Of a DNA stretch of 64,000 bases, positions 12,442 through 26,715 are shown piece after piece; within the stretch, counting starts at the first letter, position 1, and the number at the start of each line of letters is the position of its first letter. Under the pieces are notes generated by a model. That model had not been told where the DNA came from. It saw only the letters and a list, made by a program, of their open reading frames with translations, and made no database searches. This stretch comes from Gracilinanus agilis (lineage: Eukaryota). The position numbers and the translations under genes were made by a program. The stretch is taken from the NCBI RefSeq assembly GCF_016433145.1, contig NC_058134.1, positions 247,876,460-247,940,459 of the forward strand. The letters run 5' to 3'.

Positions 12442-13014
12442 GCTGAGAGGAATACCAGTTGCAGGTATTGTAGGCAATATACCTGTGATGGATAAGAGGC
12501 TGAATTCATGGGACCCATGTAGTTTTTAGAACACAGCAGATTGTCTTTTTACTCCTTTGGAAGAATATTCTCCATATTCCTTTCAAATTTTTCCCTGTTT
12601 TTCCTTAGAAACCCAGGGGTGCTATCCACAATGGATGATGAAAAGATATTATGTGTTCTGGAAAGATTATAAATTCTAGAAAGAATACAAGGTGAATGAT
12701 TAGCAATATTTTAGCATATGTTTCAGAAATACTGGAAATACACATTATTTTGCTAAGAATAAAAACATATTCAGCAGGCTATTAGTGAAATTGTTTTTTT
12801 TTCTCATTTCTAAAGTATTTTATAAAGTACATGCCCCAAGAAGATTTTGGATTCATCAGTATATTGACATGCTGTATGCTGATATCAGTATACTGAGATT
12901 TATATAAAAATGAATCACAGAATATTAGAACAAGAAAGGACTGAAGGTATTAGCTATTCTAATTTTATATATTCTTTTATTCATTCTAACATTAATTTAT
13001 TCTAGTTATTCTAA

Positions 13015-13230
13015 TTCCCTCATTTTAGAGATTAGAATTACAAAACTGAGAGAGAAACTTAACCAATTAAGTCCAAACAACACAAAAGTAATCAGTTGGA
13101 AAAGGAAGAATATTTTATTCAATTTTTTAACTCAAATTCTCTTAAAGTCTACAGTTTTATATGTACAGCTCACAGGTGATAAAAGGCAGAAGTAGGACTT
13201 AAAGTTGGGTTTTGATTTAGGATTTCAATC
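13015..13230 (-). mobile_element. MIR fragment split by a ~100 bp locally duplicated insert
   Basis: cattttagag...gagagaaacttaa on the left and cacagg..aaaggcagaagtaggactt on the right are successive parts of reverse MIR. Confidence 0.5.
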
Positions 13231-14059
13231 ATCTTTTCATTACTTGGATCTTTTTTTTTAGGAAGATAACACTTAAAGACTTTTAAATATTGAAATTACT
13301 TTTAGCAAATACACTCCAAAAATGTTCTGCAAAACTGAAGAAGTAGGTATTGGCACAGAGAAATTTCCTATCTTGATTTCAATTATAGAACTTTGGGCTG
13401 AGAAAACAGTGATTCTTAGGAATGATTCAAACATAAAAATACCTGGCCATGAGAATAAAACTGTGCCTATCACTGCCTTGCACTGCACTGAGCTATTCCA
13501 AAATATGGGCATCCTTTTGAACTCAATGGGAGTTCCATGCTTAGATCAATTTTGCTTAATGCAGATAAAGATGAGAAACAGGCTCCACCATATCTATATC
13601 TACTTGTAATCCTTTGTTGGTGCATAAACACAATGACTTTCAGAGAGCATCACAAATCTATTTCATAAGTCCAATGCAGTGCATTTTGCATTTTTTAAAA
13701 ATTTAGAACACATGTACCCAGAATATTCCCCAAGGACTGCACATCTAGAGACAACCAAACACTGAAAATCCATTATTTTTTCATCCATTTTCTCCTATGT
13801 TTGCGGGAATATTTCAACTGAAATTTCTCTTATGAGTCAATAAATACAAGTAAGATTACAGTTACTTTTATACAGTTATTTGGGGGGGGGGTTCTTTTCA
13901 AACAATAAAATACATTTAGAAAAGCAACCACTCTGTGATCCAAATAATTTTAACTGAGTCCAAACAGCACAAAAATAATCAGTTGGAAAAGGAAGAATAT
14001 GTTTTATTCAATTTTTTTAACTCAAATTCTCTTTAAGTCTGCAGTTTTATATGTACAGC
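13070..14059 (+). repeat. ~100 bp dispersed direct repeat (13070-13169 and 13957-14059)
   Basis: agtccaaaca.cacaaaa.taatcagttggaaaaggaagaatat..tttattcaatttttt.aactcaaattctctt.aagtct.cagttttatatgtacagc occurs twice with few differences. Confidence 0.95.
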
Positions 14060-16578
14060 CATTCAATCAGTATCAATCAAGCAATTGTTAAACTTCTATG
14101 TGTCTGTCATTGTGCTGTTCAAAAATACATTTGGGCTAAAAGAATAGGAGGACCTAATTGTAAAATGACTAGTTAGCACATGGATATAGATATATCACAA
14201 GTCAAATCATACCCCTTAACAATGTAACATCTATCCACAGATGAAACAGGATGTTAACAGCTGGATCACAAATTTGGATTTAATCCTGTTTATCATTACT
14301 AGGATTATAAAGGACTCTGATCTATTTTACAACCTTGACTATGATCACAACATCATATAGTCTTTGAAAACAGATTAAATCAGATGATATCTAAATAAAG
14401 GCTCACTCAATATAATTTTAAATAATGATGATGTCTTCTTATAAGCTATTGTTTAGGCTTATCGAATTTTATCCCATAAATTCTATGGTCCATAAAAAAG
14501 CCATACTTTTCTTTTCTTGGTTTCTTTTGCATCCCTCCCTTACAGGTGTTATCATTCTAGTCTCTATCACCTCCCTGCTCATCTTTTATTTTGCAACCAA
14601 CTCTTTGGCCAGTATTATCTCCCTGTTGGGTTGCTAAGTTCTTCACTGGCTGAGAAAGCTGGCTTTTTTTTCTGGAAATAAACCATCACTGGTGTAATCA
14701 GTATCTTCTTATTCCAGAGGCAAGACAGTAGAGGAGAAAACCTTTATTCTGTTGCAATTCTTAGATGAGAAATTATATTTTACAACGATAACTTAAAAGG
14801 CTTGGAAGTTTCCTTTGATAGCATTTTGAAAGGACTAACATCCACAAATTCAGTGTGCATACCAGGTAGCTCACTTATTATTTTACTAAATATATAAGTA
14901 TAAATAAATATACAAATTGTATAGTTTTGCTAAAACTATATAAATAGATTACCCAGTTGCTATAGAAGTATTCATGAAATTCCTCATCAGCCCCAAAATA
15001 TTAGTTATCTCCTACTACATAGTTCTTTGCTCAAAGGTAATTTCCTTCACATATGGTTTTATTTTCCCTTTCCATATGTCTTTTTTCTCAAAACTTATCT
15101 CTGCCAATCCATGTCCTTCAGTTTTTTTCAAAACATGGTTCCAAATTAATCTCTAGAATACTTTATGTAGCATCTAGGAGTAGCCTTCTCTCAACTTACA
15201 TACGGATTCCTCTGAATCTTTAAACTCCAGATGAAGGTGGATATCTCCTTAAAAATATATAGCTCAGGATCCCCCTTCTTTTTTTTCTTTTAGTCAATCA
15301 GTGGGCATAAGTCAAAGAAAAAAAACACTTAATGAAATAGCCTCATAAGTAAAGTAGAAGTACAATATCCCTCTCATATGTGTATAACACGATTTCCCCT
15401 ATAAATACACATAAAATGGTAAGAGGGAACAAATCTAGGTTCTACACATGAAGGAAAATATGTAGAGGGGACACTTGTGAGGGGCAACTCCACCTCTGAG
15501 GCTGCACTTGATGTCTTTTGGTGGTATTGCTCCACTGTTCCTAATATGCCTGTTTCTCACTGGTCTTACATGGTGCATTATCTCTTCTGGGAATTGTTCC
15601 CACTCTTCTCTTGTAGCCAATATTCAACATTGTTGTTATGGACTTGTGATTGCTGCCAGGTGAAAATAAAGTAGGCATGAGTTTTTGAAGTTGCTCTCAG
15701 CTTCTAGCTTCTGGATTCAGCTGGAGTCCTTGGCAAAGGTGCTGTTTCTTTCTCTCAAGCACATGAATTGACCCTGAAATGATTCTTTTAAAGTCCAGAA
15801 CTTTAAAGTCCACAACTCCATTAAAAAGGGGGGAAAAACTAAACTATGGGACTAAAGGAAAACAACACTCCAGTTGCTTTTCCTTCCATATAAAGGTTTG
15901 AGGTTCTGTTTTTTTCCCCTGTTTCTCTGAGCCTTAGTTGAAGTGGATGTCTCCTGAGAGAGATTCCTTGCTTCAGGTCAAGCTCTTTAGCACAGAGTCA
16001 GAGTCACTCAAGCTAAGTAGTACCTTTGGGTTTAATTCTATTTTTTTAACCTACTATTGTTTTATTTATTACTATTTTTGTCAAACCCAAATGCAATGAA
16101 TAGCAGAATAGCATTTCCTGATTATTAAGGGCAAACCTCTTAGAAGGTTTATTCTGATTTAGGATTAGAAATTCCTTATGGTGCTCTATTTAATTCTCAG
16201 TTCCTCAATGATAGTTGACTTGTCAGTCAACCAACATCGTTTTGTTTTTTTAAATGAGTTTAACTATCTAGCACTAGTGTTAGAGGTTGTCTTCCCAGTG
16301 AACTGAGAGATCCTACACCGTGAGGTTTAGGTTCAACTCCAAAACTCTTTTCCCATTCAAATTAGTTGGAGGGGTGAGGGAAGGTAGGAAGTAGAGGAAT
16401 TCAACCAAACCAAGGCCAAGGCCAATGTCTTCCCCCTAGCAGTGATAAATTCTTTACTTTTCATGTGTACGTATGGCTGGTAAACATTTCCAGGCTTTGA
16501 GATGTTCTGCTCTTCTATGACTAACTTGCTGTATTGTGGTTTGTTGTGTCTCTGAATCAATATCATATATTAAACCTT

Positions 16579-16583
<5 letters not shown>

Positions 16584-16617
<34 letters not shown>
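16584..16617. repeat. (AT)n microsatellite
   Basis: direct reading. Confidence 0.95.
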
Positions 16618-16620
<3 letters not shown>

Positions 16621-17329
16621 GACTTGTGTCATTATTCCTATTCTCTTTGGTTCTTTCCATGTAGATCTGTCTTTCCAACTAGCATTTTAGCCCTTTGAGG
16701 AAATAGGGAATTTGTTGATTGATTATTTGGCATGCTTCCCATATTAGTTAATTGACTAATTTTTGAGTAAGGAGAATCTGTGTGGACAGCATTTTCAGTG
16801 CCCATTACCTGAAGATGTCATGGGATCACTAGGATCTCTGAGCACTTTCAGACAGCACTTAGATCATTTTCTTTCATACTTCTCTTGTCACAAGTTAAAT
16901 TTGCTACTGTGCCCAGAAGCAGCCACTTACATGGCATGGAAACAAAACCAATCTCCCATAAATGTGAACATAAGTACTAACTCACCATATCCCACATGTG
17001 GAAAGTCACATGTAGAAAGCCGAGTTTCTGGATACATAGCCAGAAGAATTCACTTTCTTTGCAAGGCTGAGAGGGACCATTAAGTCTCCTTGAATAGGAA
17101 TCGCCTCTACAAAAGACTTGATAAGGTATTATCTAATAATAATGATACAGTGCCTGACATTCATATAGCACTTTGAGCTTACAAAGTGGTTTACATATAT
17201 TATTTTATTTGATCCTCTGAACCAAATGATAAGGTAGGTATTACAGCTATTTTTTACCCAATTTTTCACCCGATACTTGAAAACATTGAATTCTGCGGAC
17301 TCCATTACTCTCTGACATTGTCCATTCTA

Positions 17330-18340
17330 CTTGGAGATAATTTTAATCATTAGGAAGTTTTTCCTTAAGGTAAGCTAAAATCCACTGCCTTGTTCTGGCT
17401 TTCGGAGTCAAGTAAAATATGTCTAATCTCTTTTCCCCATGACAATCATTCAAATGCTTCATTCTGGCTATCATTCATGACAGAGTAGAAAGATTTCTGG
17501 CTCAAGAGTCAGAAAGTCTGGGTTTGAATCTCTAAGTCTATACTACTTGTGTGACTTTGGGCAAATCGTGTGTATTCCTTGTCCTCAATTTTTCATCCAT
17601 AAAATTATAAGAATTGAACTAAATGGGCCCTCCCAAATTTATAAATTTGTGATTCTTTGATTCACTTAATTTTTTTCTACTAATCATATTCTGTCCCATA
17701 ACTTGATCTTCCTAAAGCATAATTTCTAGCTCCTTTTCCATAATAATTTCCTCTCTTAGGATCGATTCTGGCTTGTCAATGTCCTTTGCAGAGAACTGGG
17801 CAAAATACCATCGCTGTGGTCTGATCAAGGCAGTGAGTAGCAGCACTAGCACCTTGATAACTCTAGATAGACTGTTTCTATTAATTCAGCTTAAGAGGCC
17901 ATGAGCTTTTTTTGGCTTCCATAGCTAGTGTTGATTTGTATTATGTTTCCAGTTCATTAAAAACTCTAGATCTTTTTCACATGATCAAATGGTTAGCCAA
18001 ATATGCTCTATTCCATATCTATTCTAAATTTTTTTTAAACCAAGTCTGAGACTTTATACTTGTCCTATTAAGCTTCACATTATTGTATCTGATCAATTGT
18101 TCTGGTTTGTTGAGATCATTTGGGACTTCAGTTCTGTCATCCAACGTGTTGTTTACCATCTGCAAATTTGATAAGTGCACTATCTACTCCTTCATCCAAG
18201 TTACTGATTAAAAAAATGTTGAGTTGAAAAGGATAAAAGTCAAAGATCCTTTTCTAAGATGGCTATTTATTCATTAACCATTACTCTTTGGGTGCTATCA
18301 TCCCATCAGCTCTGAAATCACTTAAATTTATTATTTGACT
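17330..18340 (-). mobile_element. L3/CR1 LINE fragment including the RT region, with a nested MIR (~17480-17650)
   Basis: The minus strand reads GCACTTATCAAATTTGCAGATGGTAAAC = ALIKFADGK (CR1 MLIKFADDTK motif); L3 3'-end sequence near 17390-17460. Confidence 0.85.
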
Positions 18341-20186
18341 CAACAGCAATCTGAACAAGTGGGAGAAAGAGTATCATTTGATTTGAGCCCTTTAATATAT
18401 TTATTCAATTCTAAAAACTTAACATTACGTGGAAAGACTAGAAGTCTTCATAAACAAAAATAAAATGATTAAATATATTAATATTAAACTATTAATTCAA
18501 AATAATACTATCAGTTATAGCATTATATTCTTACTTATATATCATATATAGGAAAATGAGGAAATACTACCACCATCATCATCATAATCACAAATCGCCC
18601 ATTACCTAAAAATGGAGTAGTGTCAGCACTATCATTTCTCTCATAATTTAATCTCCCACAACAATCAAACTGGTTGCCGAATAAGGGACCATGCTTTCAA
18701 GACCACTTTAGGGACTGAGGCAATTTAATAGTAAGCATCTAACTGAACAAACTAAGACTTTCCACTTCACTGATTTTAGTATATGAACCATAAAAGTATC
18801 CATCAATACCAACTTTAATGTGGTTTTCTCCTACCATTTTCAAAATAAGCAGAGATTCAATAAAATATTTCCAATCCTATTATATTTCTTTGTAGATGCT
18901 GTTAGTGAAAAGACAATAATGTAATGGCCTGTTGCACAAAACAATTGCATATGGAGTTTATGTTTCTAAGCTCAATTTCTAGGCCACAACATATGAATCT
19001 ATGTTTTCTTTATTGACTGACATCTCAAGGCTCATTGACTTTTCCACCTCAATCACAGTTTAAAGAGATTTACAGGTTTTAATGGGAATAAAGTCCAGAA
19101 AAATGGTAGTGATGATGGGAACCCAAACGGAGAGGAGCAAGCATTTCTTTTCTCCAGCTGAAAGCTTTCAAAAAGGGAAGAAACTAAAAAGAAAGTTGAC
19201 TGGATCCTATTATTCAAGTAACACTTAGATGGAAAGTCACTGAAAACTAACGAATGTTGCTTTATGAAAACAATTCTGGACTCAAGGGAGCAATAGCACC
19301 AAAAGCCCATTAAAGGTAACTGCACGATTTTGAATATTTAGTTTACTAAGATGTCACTAAACTTTAGTAGACAATTAGGATGGGTGGACATCTGTAACAT
19401 TGGGAAAATCTGAAACATAACAAAAAATGCTTAGAGTTTGGAAAGACTTGAAAGGACTGATCATTGCGGGGGGTGGTGATTTTATGAAAATCTAAATTTC
19501 TAACAATTTTCTGATTCATAACAGAAGAATAAACACTTATTAGATTCACATGTTCTTTCATATGTCAAAACAATAAATATACTACATGCTCAAATAATAG
19601 TACTGTTAAAATATCCAATTTGTTTTAATTTATCAGGTTTGCAAGACCATCTCTAAACTGTATTTTGATAAATTTAACTATTAAAAATATTTAACAAGAA
19701 CATCATGAATATGAACCAATTTGCCTATGAAAATATTACAGTTCTCCATATTTAGTTTATTAATCTCAATTATAAGACTAAAAACTTCTTAGGACTGAAT
19801 ATAAATTCCTAATACACAATACATTAAGTAGTATTGACTAAAATATATATAATCAGGATGTTTAACTTTCCAAAATTGTTACTTCCAGATTTATTGTTAT
19901 TGCTAACAAAAATTTTATCTTGAAGTTATGTATGTTAAAATGTTTTTTAAAACTAAAGATATTGGTTCTATAATTTCCTCCTCACGATTATATATCAAGG
20001 GTTAAAGTTTTCTGGAGGCCATACCACATGAGCAAAGGAACCATTGCAAAGAACTATTTTACTGATGGGGAGTAAGATAACTCCACCAGAAAGCTAAATT
20101 GCAAAACATGTATAGTAAAACAAATTAAATGCAGTACTCTAAAACTTTGTATCCAATTGGTAACATATAACCAGATATTCACAGAC

Positions 20187-20420
20187 CTCTTGAAAAGAAA
20201 CAGTTCGCCATATGTTTTGCATGTTGAAGTTTGCAAGATTAGTTGAAAGTTTTCGCCTTCCTTTTCCCACTTTCCCCTCCATCGTTGAACTGCCCTGGAT
20301 AGTCTCGATGTGATGATGGACATTTTTTCTTAGCAATCCCTGGAACAGCTATTTCCTTAACTGAAAGGCAAAAATAATCGCATTAAATATAAACCTCTAC
20401 TTAATACGATCCAAGTAAAA
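20187..20420. promoter_or_regulatory. CpG-retaining unique block: candidate conserved element or minus-strand exon
   Basis: 6 CpGs in ~200 bp within an AT-rich desert; minus acceptor tttttgcctttcag at 20361 and weak donor GAG|gtctgt at 20187. Confidence 0.35.
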
Positions 20421-21574
20421 TTGGTTTGAAAAAACAATAACATACATGATTAGGTCAACAATATGTACTTGAGGGTCACTGACATTTTTCATTTATTTAA
20501 AAAAATATCTTTTTGGTATTTGGGAGTGAAATTATTTACTGAAGACCTGGTAGATTTTTATGCCTATTTTAGGTGAAAAAATGTAGTTATTTGAAAAGTT
20601 AATCACTAAACATAATTGTTTCCCAGCTTCTAGGCTTAATTATTTTTATAAGTAAAAACACTCTCATGATTGGGTATTTATGAAATAAGTAAACACTCTC
20701 AATTTTCCTGACTCACATATTGTTGTTAGTTTCTTTTTTTTTAAGTATTGATTTGAGTATATTAGAGCAAATCTTGCAAATAGCAACTATTATCAGAGAT
20801 GGAAAATAAGATGTATGAGATCGAGGTTGAAAGAGGTCATATCCTTTTACCTTGGAAGAGAAAAATAAAAGTTAATACATTAGGAATATTTTTAAACAAT
20901 ATTTCATCATCCTTGGACACAGAACAAGTAGAGACAAGCAAAAATTAGGAGAGTTGGACCAGCGACAGAACATCCAACATCAAGTATAGTTCAGCCTGGT
21001 AAGCAGGAGACTAATCCTGCCTTCTGAATCTGAGTTTGGGGACAAAGAGGCAGAAAGAGAGGTCATCTTGAAGATGTGGTCTAAGGAGCAGGGAAGCAGG
21101 TCATGATATATCTGATATTAGCTGGTAGACATTTGGATATCATGTATCAGACTCAATAAAGCCCTTCTTGACAATGTGTTGTTGAACTGCATTAAGTTAG
21201 CAAGAAGCTGTTAACTATAATCAATGACAGGATAAACAATCACCTATCGTGTTAATTTATGTAGACAGAACTTCATAGAGGAAATAAATGAGATCGGTTG
21301 GCTTTTTCATAGCCCTTTCCGTAGTAACAGTTTTACAGAGAAAACAAAAATCTTTCTTGTTTCTGGGTATTAATATTTAATTATCAACTTAGATATTTAG
21401 GCATATCTTAAAAAAGAAGTGACTAAATATAAAGGATTAAGAAACTTTAGATACTTTAGAGGAATCATTCTCCAAGTTCAAGTTTGGCATAAGAGGGGAT
21501 TAATATTGGTTGTGAACACTTTTTTTCTATTGCAATGTTATTTAAAAAATACTGAGGAACTTTCTCGAGTTTCA

Positions 21575-21755
21575 AGGCCACTGGGGGCAATGGGAGTCTG
21601 AAGATATGGGATAAAATCTTGGTTCTGACACAATTTACTTGGAACCTTGGACAAGTCATTTGTCTACTGATTGTCAATTTCCTTATCTGTATAAGAAAGG
21701 AGGTGGGTTGAATGGCCTCTAAGGTGCCTTTCAGCTCTCAATCTATGATCCTATG
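21575..21755 (+). mobile_element. MIR/MAR-type SINE
   Basis: ccttggacaagtcatt...aatttccttatctgtataagaaaggagg...aatggcctctaaggtgcctttcagctctcaatctatgatcc. Confidence 0.75.
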
Positions 21756-24429
21756 ATTTGGTCAGTCAGCGAACTTCATTACTCCAGTGCATTTGAAAGA
21801 GCACCTGAACCCCACAAAGGTGAGCAGATTCTATTTTGGGGCCATACTTTCTGATTTCTCACCAACACATTCCTGAAAGGCAGGCAAAATAGATTCTGTT
21901 ATTCTAGAGGGGAAAAAACAAGCAATGAACAGAAATGAATTAAGTGAATATTTAAAACTACTCAGACTGTTAGAAATAGATCTGCATCTACAAATTGTGA
22001 TGACTTCACAATTGGCATGCATGTCAGAAATCCCAGCAGAGACCAACAATTAAACTGAGATGGTGACTGAATTGGGCTTTTAGATGGGTAAGTTAGATTT
22101 ACCTACTGTAAATTTGCTACTTGGAAATCAGTTAGGAACTTTTTAAGACACTGTATTAACCATTTTCAAATAGCTGCAGTGACTGAGGATACTCATTATT
22201 TTCTAGGTGATAAACCAAGGGCCAACAAGAATTAACAGAATTCCCAAAAGGATTTATTTTTACTTAGCAAAAAACTGGCACCTTGCAGGGAATCACAGAT
22301 CCTAAGAGTCTAAAGAGATCATCTAATCTAACTTCTACTCAACAAATTTCTTCTACCAAGAACAAATGGCCATTCAAGCCAATGTTAAATCAATTCCAGC
22401 AATGAACAGACTCACAAACTAGGTCATAAGGCAGTCCTATAAATAATTTTTCATGAACACATTGGCACATTTTTACCATTTGTGATTTTTGAAAATTTGT
22501 CTCTGGTAAGAAAACATTTGGCCAATAAACTGCACCATGAATGAACTACACCCACATATGTACCCATAATTTGGATATGTTTTCCTTGATGTTGTTTTAG
22601 GGAAAAGGTATGGAAGGAAAGGGTGGTTTTATAGAAAATCTACTGGAGTAGTGTTAATAGCCAAAAAAAGAAGCTTTTGAGTTAATTTTTTAAAAGTTGG
22701 TAAAAGAATAAGTGGTTCTTCAGAAATATCTAATATTTGGGGGTGTTTTCTCTTACAAAGAAGAGAGAATGGTGAATTTTCCTATTAGTGTATTAGTAGT
22801 GCAAAAACTGCCTGATTTTTCTTTAATTAAGCAATGTATTAAAATGTATAGTTTCTTTAGAAATAAGAGAAATACACAGAGATGGGTTTTTCATAATTAC
22901 ACTGTGTATTCCACATCATGGTAACAAGAATTAGTATTTTAAAATATCTACTTCTATAAATGTACAAAATGAGAAAGAGTACTTGAAGCTCACATATGCC
23001 AGGTCAAATATGTCACTCTGCATTTGGTGCACAGAAAAAGTATTAATGCTTTAACCAATTAATAAAGGTTTTTGCTAGTGATAAAACAAAACATTATAGC
23101 ATTTAATGTATATTTACAACATTTAAACTGTTTTGATTCTTATGGTAAATTAACTTTAATTTGTTGGGGGACATTTTCCTATTTTGTAAAATCTCTTCCC
23201 TAACTTTATACTATTGATGTTTACCAAAGAATTCTCATCTTTAATAAATGCCATTTAAAAAAATTTCCTAATGTAGACAGGCTCTTTGTTATGTTTTGTA
23301 TTTCAACTGAATCCTCAAGTCATTGTGTCCCTCCATACAACGTGACCCTATATTTAAGTGACAATCTGTAATCTTTTCATAGCAAGTTGTAACTCCTTCT
23401 GCTAATATCAATAATTATACCTAAAAACAACTATTATGTGACATTACAGGCTGGTTGACAACAGTCTCTAAATACATTTTTACTGGAATGGAAATGTTTA
23501 GGGGAAATTAGCAGTCCACATGACATTTAGGATCAGATTGAACAAATAGGGTATTTCTGAAAGAGCACTTTTTTTGTGTGATTTAAAAAGCCTATAGTGT
23601 TACTATTTTGCTATTTGTAGATAAACAATTTGACCAATCATCAATAAAGCTTCTTTTTGTATTGTTCCATAAAATATTTTTGTTATTATAGAAATACTTC
23701 AAATTAATAGATACATAGAAAAATAAATTGTGGTGTAAAAACAACAGAATTATGTGAAGCCATTACTATGTCCAATGATTACCTCTAGAATTGAAAAAAA
23801 TGTATAAAGGAGCAATTTGACACAGTCAATGTATAATCATGCTAACATTATTTATCCATCCAAGAATAAAATAGTGAAGGACTCAACTAAGAGAACAATT
23901 TGATATGAAAGATCTCTACTGATAGACTCTTGGAACAAAATTGCTAAAGTGCCTTTTTCCTCAAAGACTATTGTCAGAGGCCACATGAATCTTCAACAAT
24001 CTTTTTGAAGCTTATTTTCAGGTGATCATACAGAACAAACAACCAATCTTTTAAATATGTGCTGAAAGCATGTCTTGAAGTTTAGTTAAAATGCTCTCAT
24101 TTTCAAGCAGTCAATTCTTTGCTGTTTAATCTGTTTTCTGCTAAAGATTTGTTCTGGTCTTTTTTTGGTTAAATCCCTGGTTCTTTAACAAATGTCAAGG
24201 TCTGCATATGCTGTGTTTTGATAAGTAATTTAATATGTAAAATGCTTTGAATGAAACTCCTGGTATGTATAAAAAAAACTTGGTTAAGCAGGTCATGATA
24301 GAAATTTCATGATGTATAGTAATACGTCATAGGATTTTCATTGATACATCCAACATTGTGTGTCTGGAGATATAATTTATTTCAAAGTCCTTCCCATATT
24401 GTATTACTTAACAGCAGATAGAGCATAAG

Positions 24430-24660
24430 TAAAGCATGGAGAAGAAATTCAACATTTTAATGAAAGTGACCAGAACGAATCTTTAGCAGCAAAGCGTTTA
24501 CATCAATTTAAACTCTGTGAATGAGCTAGGTTCGCCAGGTTTGGGTAAGATGGAAATGGTAGGGTAAAAAATAATTATTTTTATACCGCTTCTTTCTGAA
24601 TTTCAATCAGCCCGACTACTATCACTGAATCAGATAGATGATTCCAACATCATATACATC
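24430..24660. promoter_or_regulatory. CpG-retaining unique block, candidate enhancer
   Basis: 5 CpGs (24476, 24495, 24533, 24587, 24613) in non-repetitive sequence. Confidence 0.3.
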
Positions 24661-25414
24661 ATCTTTTGATTTTGCTTGTTTTTAATTGTTTTTGTTATTT
24701 TATATAGAAGTGAAATTTCAATTTTCATGATGTCTGTTACAAAACCCACAATTAAGGCTCCAGACTTTTGTACAGGGGTCTGTATATAACAGGAACTTCA
24801 TAAACGTATGTGAATTTGACTTGATGTTTGTTGATATAAAACAGAAGTGTGACTTTTAGTAATTACCTTTGAAAATTAGGATGGGAAACTTGAAAACATT
24901 AGGAAATTTGTGATTTAATAAAAGGTTTCATATTTTATTAATTTTATCAAAATGTTTTTTTAAAACAAACATATTTTGCTCTTTCCTGAATTTGTTGATT
25001 TCTTATACAATATATTAGTGGCATCGTGCAATTTTACCGTTAATGAACTTTCTTTTTTTTTTATAAACTGCTTACTAGGGGAAGGGAAACTAATGTGAAA
25101 AAAGAAAACATTTGTAATGAATTTAAAAGTTAAGATATAACATAAAGAATGTAAAACCTTACTTAATAAGCATTCCGATTTCAGATACAGTATTTCACCA
25201 ATATACTGTTTGCACTTATTTTTAAATTCCAGAATGAGTACTAACTTATTTGATTTAAGACTTATTAGGTTTCTTTTCTTTATAACAAATGTTATTTTCT
25301 ATATGTTTGCAATTAAGCTGATATCCCAAATTCCTTTATATTATCAGCATGGCTATAAAAAGCCCCCTTTTATTATTTTTGTTGCCATTTCTTTCTCTTG
25401 GTGATTTAATTTCT

Positions 25415-26715
25415 GATGAATTCAATGATTATTTTTACTATATATGACTCCCAAATCTATATTTCCACCTCTAGCTTCTTTTACAAGCCCATCAGCTGTT
25501 GGATATCTCTAACTGAATGTTCCATTAAAACATCAAATTCATCATGTCCAAAATAGAATTTATAATTTCCCCTAAATTGGCCTTCCCACCAAACACCTCT
25601 ATTTCTATGGAAGGCATCATGATTTCTCCAGTCATCCCAGGTTCAGAACCTCAGAATCATCTTCAACACTAACTTCTCCATCATCTCTCACCTAATAGCT
25701 GATAATAGCTAGCATTTATATAGAGCTTTAAAGTACACAAATCACCTTACAAATTTATTTAATCTTATTTTATTCTCACAACAATCCTTAGGGGTAGCTG
25801 CTATTATTGCTTCAATTATATAAATTAGGAAACTGAGGCAGACAGTGACTGAGTAACATGCACACAGCTAGAAAATGTCTGAGGCCAGATATGAATTTAG
25901 CTCTTCCCAACTCTAATTCCAGAAATCTCTCTACTTTGCCAAGTAGATGTCAGATCCAATCTAATGGGATTCTACCTCATATAACCATGCATGGCTTTGT
26001 GCAGGCTGCCTCTCATGCCTGGAATATACCTACTTTTACTCCTCAAGACTTCTTAGCTTCCTCATAAGCTCAGCTTTTGTGCCATTATTTCATAAAAGAT
26101 CTCCTTCCTGACCACTTTCATGGTTAGCTCTCTCTCTCCTCACATCATCATACTTTTTTTTATGTTTTGCCCCCTCTGCCCCTCCTCAGTGGAATGCAAT
26201 GCTTCATCTTCACAATATCCTTCCTATCTTTATTTTTCTCTCTACTCATAGAGTAGCCAAGCCTAATTCAGGTCTTTGTCACCTCTCACATGGACTATTA
26301 CAACTTAATCAGACTCTCTGACTTTTCTAATACAACTTTCATGATGACATTAAAAATGATCTTTATTCAGTTGCAGGTTTAATCATGTCATTCTCTTTCA
26401 ATGGTTCTTGCTGACTTAAGAACAAAATACAAGACTCTTTAGCCTAACAATTGAGGCCCTCAGATATGGCTCATATTGACCTTTCCAGACGTATCCTATT
26501 ATTCTTTGTCATTCATTCTATGTTCCAGCACTACTAACTTTACCATGAACTTGGCATTCTATGTCCTGCCTTTATGCATTTATATGATTTGCGCTCCATT
26601 GCTTTAATTATACTTATCGAGGGGACTTTTGCTTTTTATGTTTGTATACCCCAATGCCTGGAACAATGTCTTTAATATACACTAAGCATTTTATAAATGT
26701 TTGTGGAACTAAATT
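25415..26715 (+). mobile_element. L2 LINE 3' half with a nested MIR (~25700-25940, minus)
   Basis: tatatgactcccaaatctatat (YADD region), atcaaattcatcatgtccaaaatagaa, and L2 tail cccaatgcctggaacaatg...ataaatgtttgtggaac. Confidence 0.8.

Noticed and set aside
12855-12898. Cluster of short palindromes (CTGATATCAG, CAGTATACTG)
   Set aside because: Too short to distinguish from chance
15617-22087. Further plus-strand splice-like units (15617-15659; donor GG|GTAAGT at 22087)
   Set aside because: Dozens of GTRAGT sites are expected per strand in 64 kb; no independent support
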